From NCBI RefSeq assembly GCF_006345805.1, contig NW_021835851.1, forward strand, positions 1 to 38,786: a DNA stretch of 38,786 bases, in the 5' to 3' direction. A model generated the notes under the pieces. The model saw only the letters and a program-made list of their open reading frames with translations. It was not told the origin of the DNA and made no database searches. Within the stretch, counting starts at the first letter, position 1, and every line of letters starts with the position of its first letter. A program made the translations under genes and the position numbers. This DNA is from Octopus sinensis (lineage: Eukaryota). This document shows positions 31,075 to 38,786 of the stretch, piece by piece.

Positions 31075-33965
31075 TCCGTAAGATCCTTAAAAATGTTTTA
31101 GCCCGGAGGCCGAAGGTGTGAATCCACCTCTGATACGTGGCACTTGATCAACAAGGGAGTTCGATGCTGCTGCCCGCATCTGCGTCTCCTGTCGTGAGGT
31201 AGGTTCATCTGGGACTCCCGACAAGAAGAGATCCTGTTTAGTTTTAAAGAAACCCACATCCACACCATGTAAGTCTCTTAGGCATTTAGGGAGGATGTTA
31301 AAGAGCTATGGTCCTCTGAAACCCAAGCTGTTGCAGTATCTGGTCCTGTATTTTGATGGTGATGTTGGAATCCTTGGCAGCATGCAGTGGCGCCCCGTTC
31401 TGCGGTTGGGGTAACTTTGAATGCCAAAGTTTGGGACAAGACCCTCCAGGATTTTCCAGATGTATATCACCGCATATCTCTCCCGCCTCCACTCTAGGGA
31501 GAAGAGGTTTAATACTTTCAGTCTTTCCCAGTAGCTGATATTTTGCATTGAGACGATCTTCTTTGTGTAGCTTCTCTGAATTGCTTCGAGTTCTGCTGTT
31601 AGGTTTATATTGTGTGGTGACCATAGTTGGGAACAGTAGTCCAAGCGGCTGAGGACGAATGTTTTCCAGAGGACCATCAGTGTCTCCTTCTCCCTTGTTC
31701 TGAAAGTTCGGAGAATCCATCCAGCTAGCCGTCTGCATCTTATCACCAGATTAGTAATATGCACTTGGAAAGATGCATCATTGCTCATGTCAATGCCTAG
31801 GTCACGCACTGATTTTGACTCGGGGATTGCAATTCTTCCTGGGCCAGTGTATCCAGTCTGCACGTCGTTTACCTTTGTGTGCCGGTAGCGCAGGGCCTGG
31901 AACTTACCTGCATTAAACTGCGTGTTTTTTTCCTCCGCCCACCTGTATATTTTATCTAACTCCTGTTGCAGATGCGCAATATTTTCAGGGTTTTGTATTG
32001 TGTGGGAGACTTTTGTGTCATCTGCATAGCTAACAAGGGTGGCCATCGTAGCAACTGAAGGCATGTCTGAAAGGGCCATTATGAACAGCAGTGGCCTCAA
32101 GACAGTACCCTGTGGAACACCGCTTGTTATTTGTGTTTCCTTGGAGGTGGCTCCATTGCTCACAACTGCCTGTCTTCTGTCTTTTAGGAAGTTGTGCAGC
32201 CACTCTCCAAGTTTTCCGCCTATGCCGAGACCACGCAGTTTGTGACAGATCATACCATGGTCGACCTTATCAAGGCTTTTGCAAAGTCGAGTATATTACA
32301 TCCACATTTGAGCCATTAGTAGCTGTTTTAACACACCCAGTCATAGTTTTGCAGGAGCTGTGTTAGGCAGCTTCTACCTGGTCGAAATCCAGCTGGGTGT
32401 CAGACAGGAAGTATTTTCTTCAAGGAACATGATTAGTTTCTTGCGGACTATTCGTTCCATGACTTTGCTGATGTGTGAGGTCAGAGAGATAGGCCTATAA
32501 TTTTTAGCATCTGCTCTGCTACCTCCCTTATGGATAGGACATATTACCCCCTCTTTCAATTTGACTGGGAGCTTACCATTTGCAAGGAAGCTCTGAAAAA
32601 GAAGCTGTAGCGGTTTTGCAAGGGCTCGTTTGCACGATTTGAGAAGGATCGCTGGAAATCCATCAGGTCCAGCAGCTGAGTTTGTATCAATCTCATCTAT
32701 GGCTAGTGTGATATCATCATCTTCAATGTTGACGTACTCAATTTTGCCTCTTTGGCCGCAGGTAAAGTGGCAAAGAATTCTTCTGGGTTGTTTACTTGCC
32801 TGTGTCCCAGAGGTGTAGTGAACACACTTTGGAATTGTTCGTTCAGTATTTCACTTATCCTCGTGGGATTTCCTGTGAGAGAGCCATCTTTTTGAAAGAG
32901 AGATCCTATTCTGTGGTGCACTGTGGCTGTCTCTTTGGCAAACTTAAAGAAAGCTTTGGGGTTTGATTTTATATTTTCTATTACCCAAACTTCTTTATCT
33001 GCTCTCTCCTTTTCATGGGATTGATGCAGACTTTTCTCAATTTCCATTAGTATTCTCTCGAGCCGAGACTTCTCACCACTTTTGGTGTGCTTGCTCAGGC
33101 GGTTCGCAATCCTTGTCCGTCGTCTCATAAGAATCCTCCTTTCTCTAGGGATCCTGTTTTTGTTTTTGTGTGTGCTGGCCCTATACACTGGGATATATTT
33201 GTCACATATGGCTTATATTATGGACATGAAGTGTTTGTGTTTCATGTTAATGTCCGGTGTGGAGAGACATTTAGGCCAATCCTGTTTGAGGATCTCTTTC
33301 TCAATCAACTTCCAGTTTGCTTTATGAAAGTTTAAGTTGGAGAGATGGTGGATGCTTCGTATAGGCTGTGTGTCTACGGGGGCTTTTGGTCCATACATAG
33401 ACAGCTCTATTATGTTGTGATCCGAGATCATTGTCGGCATCACTTAAACATTATGGATAATATCCATATTGTTGTGAAGCAGAGATCCAGTATATTATTC
33501 TGCCCTTGTTGGTTGCAGAACTATTCGTTCCATGAAAGAGGCATTTGTGAGATGGAGCAGGGACTCTGCCTGTGCTGCTGGGGTGGTGTGTCATCCCTGA
33601 GAGCATCTGTCCCCAGGCCATTCCACATTGGGCAAGTTAAAGTCACCCATGAAGAATACATTGTTGTGTTGTTCAAGGTTGGTGAGGACTTCTTCTATTT
33701 TTGTTAGGCAGTCTTCAAACATGCCTGGGTGATTTGGGGCATCTGGTGGGCGATATGTAGTGCATATGACGATATTCAGTTGTCTTATGTGTACAATTTG
33801 AGTGTCACACACTGAGTTTGAATATGACAACAGGACCTGGGGCGTGAGGTCATCTCGTATGTACATTGCAACTCCACCATGGCTCCTCCCTTTTCTATCT
33901 GAGCGTATGACTGCATATTGTGGTATGTGTATTTCTGCATCCACTATATCGGTTCCAAGATGCGT
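31075..33965 (-). mobile_element. CR1-group LINE, 5'-truncated, ORF2 (APE + RT) disrupted
   Basis: APE motifs YRPP, GDFN, SDH; RT motifs KNYRPISL, SGVPQG, YADD (32017-32028), RDLG; C-terminal YWERLKVLNLFSLE. Read-through past TAG 31306-31308 gives LFNILP..VPDEP..AAASNSLVDQ to TAA 31087-31089. Split over five or more ORF pieces. Confidence 0.93.
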
Positions 33966-33967
33966 TA

Positions 33968-34573
33968 ATATATATAGATATATATATATATATATATAGA
34001 TATATATATATATATATTATATATAATATAGATATATATGCATATAAACAAGATTTGTATACACAAACAATTATATATATATATATATATTATATATATA
34101 TATATCTAATATATATATATTAAAGCAATATATATATATTATATATAAGTATACACACACTGAGTTAATATATATATAATATAGATATATATTATAGAGA
34201 GAGAGAGAGAGGCATAATGTGAGAGAGAGACCGTGTAGTGTGTGAAGTGTGTGTGTGTGTATGCGTATATATATATATATTCACACAAACACCAAGGGTA
34301 AGAGGAAGAGAGAAACAAGGAATCAAAAACGTGTGGTTAACTACCTGTTCATATCCATGCATACGAGATAAATACAAACAGGGGAACCAAGCAGGATTCT
34401 TTTAACAATAATGTTCTTTTAAGTGTAGTGCCACTTCGAGAAACACTTCCATAATCTTTTAAAATTTGCGCCATGCATCTTGTGTGTATATACACACAGT
34501 TACGCAGAAACACATACAAATATACACAGAAACACACGAATAGAAACACACGTGTTTAATACTACATACATAT

Positions 34574-34624
<51 letters not shown>

Positions 34625-34975
34625 ATATATAATATATTATATATATACATACATACATACATACAAAAATACATATACATACATATATACGTACATATAT
34701 CAATAAACACACTAACACAGATATACACTCGTCGCAACTTTAGTGGTATGTATGTGTATGTGTGTGTGTGTGAGTGTGTGTATGTAATATATATATATAT
34801 ATATATGTATTATATATATATATATATTATATATATATATATGTATGTATATATATACATATTCATAAATATAGTATATGTATATGTATGCATATCATAT
34901 GTATATGTGTGTGCTGTGTATGCTTGCATATATATATATATATTATATATATATTTGTGTGTGTGTATGTATGTC

Positions 34976-35008
<33 letters not shown>

Positions 35009-35200
35009 TATTATATAATATATATATATATATATTATATATATATTATATATATATATATGTGTGTGTGCATGTGTGGATATATATGTGTGTATATACA
35101 TATATGCATATATGTATATTCACATATATACGTGTGTAATGGTGTATGTATATCTATATATATATATAGTATGTATTTATGTATGTATTTATGTATGTAT
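33968..35200 (+). repeat. (TA)n/(TG)n/(TACA)n-rich low-complexity region
   Basis: Direct reading; a short unique segment lies at about 34290-34490. Confidence 0.9.
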
Positions 35201-35752
35201 AGAGCACAGTATGCGTGCACGTTATGAGTGTGTTTGCCGATGCCATGTTTGAAATACCTTTATAGCAGGTGGTTAATTAAAAAAGGAGCGGTTACAACAG
35301 CAATAATAACAACCACAGCCACAACAACAACAACAACAACAACAGCAATAATGGCAACTGTTTCTGTTTCTCTCCAAACGTCGTCACTCGATTCCTTGCT
35401 TTTATTTCTTATCTTTTCTGCAACAACTTTCAATCTAGAGTGTATTTCTATAACAAATGTACGTGATTCCTCTCTCTCTCTCTACCTCTGCCACGCAACT
35501 TTATTCTCAGAACTACAAAATCCTCTCAGAGATGTAACAAAGGCAAACTTAATCGAAAAATGTCATCTACACCTTAATTCTTGAAATTCGGCAAACCGAG
35601 ATTGGAGAATAGTAAATTTCAATTCAGATTCTTCATTTTCAGATTTGTTGTTGTTATTGTTGTTGTATTTCTTCTTCATTTGCTGGCTTTTTTGTTGTTG
35701 TATAATCTATTTTGTTGTTGTATATTGCCATATATATTATTATCGTTTGTTT

Positions 35753-35812
35753 TCATCATCATCATCATCATCATCCTCATCATCATCATCATCATCATCA
35801 TCACCATCATCA

Positions 35813-35876
<64 letters not shown>

Positions 35877-35877
35877 C
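35753..35877 (+). repeat. (CAT)n + (TAT)n microsatellite; the (TAT)n part reads (TAA)n on the Dong sense strand
   Basis: Direct reading. Confidence 0.95.
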
Positions 35878-37285
35878 ATTCATTTACGCATAACAGATTA
35901 AACTGTTGGAAAAGAACAATTCCTAACATAGGTCTATAACAAAAATAATTTTAGATGCCAAGTATCTTCCTAAGTATCCTAGCTCTGTCCCTAATAACAC
36001 TGTTTTCTGGAGCTGCACTAGACTACGTTTTATGCCTGTTTTCTCCATCTATCTGTTCAAATCTTTAGAGTTAGTTCCTAATGTACCTATATAACAACTG
36101 GAATACATGTTACCCGCACTTTCCATAATCTCTGTAATTCAATGGATAGCTCCTGGTACTTTGTTGTTTTCTCAAAACCTCTCATAATGATTTTCTCATC
36201 ATTTCGGACTTAAAAGTCAAGGCATTTTCTATTCTCTTTGTCTACTACTACTCAATCAGGTCTTCTAGCGTCTATTACTCTGCTAGTCTGACTGTTAAAA
36301 TCCCACATTTCATATTTCTTACCTCTAGCAATTTGCTAGGTTCATGTTCCTACCACTTATCACTATATTCAAATCTTAGCTTTCTACACACCTCACAGTG
36401 GATTATTCTCCCTAAATTGTCATATCTTTATTTATATTTTTCTGTACCAGGGTACTACATTCACTAACTATACCAGTAACACTTTCCACCTTTGATTTAC
36501 ATAAACTACTTTGGGAATTTACCTGATTTTTGTCTATCTTGGCTTTTACTCAATTAGGCCTCAATGCTTGATCTTAGGCTGCTACTAACAAACTTACTGT
36601 CTCACTTTTCAGCCTTCGTTTCTGCAACCAGAGCCATGTCTCACTATTACTATTTTCTGCCACTATCTTTGGAAATCTACGAGGTAAAACCTTCTGTTGC
36701 CAGTCAGATAAACTTTCTTCTTTTTTCTGGTTTTTAACTTCAATTGGCTTTTTGATTTCCCTATCTCCTATTTTTACACTAACAGCTCTTAATAAAATTG
36801 CCTCACTATTACCTCCATACGGTCTTCTACTGATATTAAATGTCTCCCACATTCATTTCAAAGTCAATATAGTCTTGGGTGGAGTCCTCCATTCATATTG
36901 AAATCTTTCCTAGTTCTTCTATCTACATTTACTAATTCAGATTTTTCCCAATCTACAAAAGCTGCTGAATATCTAAGTTTACGATACTGCTCAAGTATTT
37001 ACGGCCTTCACTAGATTCGGGCCATTTACATTCGATTACATCACATTCTTTGGCCCTCTTATGTACTTTTACTGAATTTTCGCTTTCATTTCTCTTGTTA
37101 GTACTCTGTCAGATTATATAACTTCCTAGATACTTATGACTTTCTCTTTCATTCAGTGCTTTTAATGTCTGGCCATCTTGTAACGAAATACCTTCACTGA
37201 CGACTTCTCTTCCTTTTTTATGACTTACATGACTTAGCTATACCAAATTCCATACTTATATCTTTCTTCTGGAATCTTACAGCTT
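35878..37285 (-). mobile_element. R4/Dong-type non-LTR retrotransposon relic (RT end, zinc knuckle, RLE, 3' UTR)
   Basis: Minus strand reads ESHKYLG..NGPNLVKAVNT..WLWLQKRRLKSETVSLLVAA*DQAL.., a decayed CCHC, then RRPD*VVVDKENRKC..KYQELSIELQRLWKVRVTCIPVVI/GTLG..LQKTVLLG/ARILRKILGI* (stop 35950-35952). The 3' UTR runs straight into (TAA)n. Confidence 0.88.
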
Positions 37286-37289
37286 CTAA

Positions 37290-37345
37290 GGAGGCGAGCT
37301 GGGAGAAACGTTAGCACGCAGGACGAAATGCTTCGTAGTATTTCT
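37290..37345 (+). mobile_element. SINE family B head fragment
   Basis: GGAGGCGAGCTGGGAGAAACGTTAGCACGCAGGACGAAATGCTT. Confidence 0.75.
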
Positions 37346-37718
37346 CATCGACTGGCACCTCTTCCACCAAAATTTCGGACCTTCTGCCTAGAGTAGAAAA
37401 GAATCTTACAGGTTGTATTAAGGAATCTATATCATTTTTTATTGAGATGTACTTGCATAGCAAGTGACCTGATCTGAGATCGTGTGCTGAAACAAAAACA
37501 ATTGCAGCGTGGAAGGTGTTTATAAGCCATTTAAAAACACACAAAAACCGTTAGATTTACTTCAACATTTAAATTTAATTTGTCAAAATATTTTCGCCGA
37601 CTTGAGACCGCTGCATTGTTGTTATATCTTTTTATTCTTACTAAAAACCTTCAGATCATCCATGTAGAACAAATGGTTATTTTTTCCTTTACTATCTCTT
37701 ATTATTAACATTATTATT

Positions 37719-37894
37719 AGGCGGTAACCTGACAAGATCGTTAACACGCCAGACAAAATGCTTAGCGACATTTCGTCCGTTTTAAAGTTCTGAGTTCAAA
37801 TTCTGTCGCGGTCAACTTTGCTTTCATAGTTTCGAGGTCAATGAATTAAGTGCCCTAAAATTTCATGCCTTGTGACTTTAGTAGAAAGGATTAC

Positions 37895-37895
<1 letters not shown>
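37719..37895 (+). mobile_element. SINE family B, diverged
   Basis: GAGTTCAAATTC..GGTCAACTTTGCTTTCAT..TTCGAGGTCAATGAATTAAGT. Confidence 0.8.
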
Positions 37896-37896
<1 letters not shown>

Positions 37897-37927
<31 letters not shown>

Positions 37928-37947
37928 TATTATTATTATTATTATTA

Positions 37948-37993
<46 letters not shown>
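37897..37993. repeat. (AAT)n immediately followed by (ATT)n (self-complementary junction)
   Basis: Direct reading; strand switch near 37926. Confidence 0.95.
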
Positions 37994-38514
37994 GAGGAAG
38001 AGCAGCACACGCCATCAAAGAGACGCTGAGGTACACATATCCGAAGCTCAATATACCCGTCATGACAACACGTCTGATAAGGGTAGACCAGACACGTGCT
38101 TTACAGCCATACGTGCGCGACATGGTAATTTCATATCAAGACAAACAGCGCATGACCTTGCAGGTGGAGCCCATTTAGAATTTTCTCCTGGTCGAGTAGC
38201 CCACCCCGCTGAATGGGTTTGTGAACAAGGATTGTTTAAGGATGATGAATGAACACCCATGTTTCTGGGTGTGAATTATTCAAACCCACAAAGAATCCAT
38301 CACGAAGTTTCCCCACTACTTCTGCTTGCGATGAAATATGGACATATCATCAGCCACTTAGAGACATGCTCAACTGGTTATGGTTAAGCAACTGACAAAC
38401 AAATCTACTGTTATACATCTTTTAGATTAAGACAATGCCTATGCATGTAAACGCTTCCAATCAATTACGATCAGATGCCATGAGAGTCACTACTTTGTAC
38501 TGTGTCACGGGTTT
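37994..38514 (-). mobile_element. Element C, copy 4 (older, diverged)
   Basis: Reverse complement of element C from end to end (GCCATCAAAG..GACCTTGCAGGTGGAGCCCA..GCCATGAGAGTCACT); its 3' end abuts (AAT)n on its own strand. Confidence 0.85.
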
Positions 38515-38667
38515 TATGTTTTACAAAAATAAAACGCAGATTTGTTAGAACTCCTAGAATCTTGCATGAGTTGCAAGCTTGAGACTGCTGCCTACAGTAT
38601 CATTCTGTTTGTTCTCTCAACTATCTAATACGGTTATTGTCGTGGTCATCGTCGTCGTCGTTGTTGC

Positions 38668-38786
38668 AGGTAGCTGGCTGAATTATTGGCACGCTGGGAA
38701 AAATGCTTCGCGGCATTTCGTCCGTCTTTACTTACTGAGCTAAAATTCCATCGAGGTCTCATTACTTCTGACATCAAGTACCAGAA
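38668..38786 (+). mobile_element. SINE family B, diverged
   Basis: AAATGCTTCGCGGCATTTCGTCCGTC..AAATTCCATCGAGGTC..AAGTACCAG. Confidence 0.65.

Noticed and set aside
31075-31125. Shared 3' tail between the CR1 LINE and SINE A
   Set aside because: Only GGCC..CT(A/G)AAACA is common in this copy, which is too short to support; consensus-level alignment is needed.
37575-37615. Possible hammerhead half (minus-strand GCGAAAATATTTTGACAA) in a repeat fragment
   Set aside because: The core-containing half is absent from this copy.

Overview
This is repeat-saturated animal DNA, intronic or intergenic. I see no convincing host protein-coding exon, no true tRNA or rRNA gene and no CRISPR array. The SINE families and the microsatellite load resemble those of Octopus; that is recognition from memory, not a database search. 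The window holds three tRNA-headed SINE families (about 20 copies or fragments) and a 2.9-kb decayed CR1-group LINE (APE+RT). It also holds two R4/Dong-type retrotransposon relics abutting (TAA)n and four copies of an unidentified ~557-bp element in or next to (AAT)n. DNA-transposon content is several Tc1/mariner- and pogo-type MITEs, a nested piggyBac-type MITE and a DDD-type transposase relic. Nearly all long ORFs in the supplied track are microsatellite artefacts. The most notable signal is invisible in the ORF track: four minimal type-I hammerhead ribozyme folds with intact or compensated cores (21419+, 21684-, 23076-, 30760-), plus several decayed ones. They lie in Penelope-like (PLE) terminal-repeat fragments next to (TA)n, and each has a short palindromic or near-palindromic helix III. 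One sits in a 455-bp direct-repeat-bounded, retrozyme-like unit whose 5' end is folded into a 310-bp spacerless palindrome. All structures were paired by eye; no folding, alignment or search was run.
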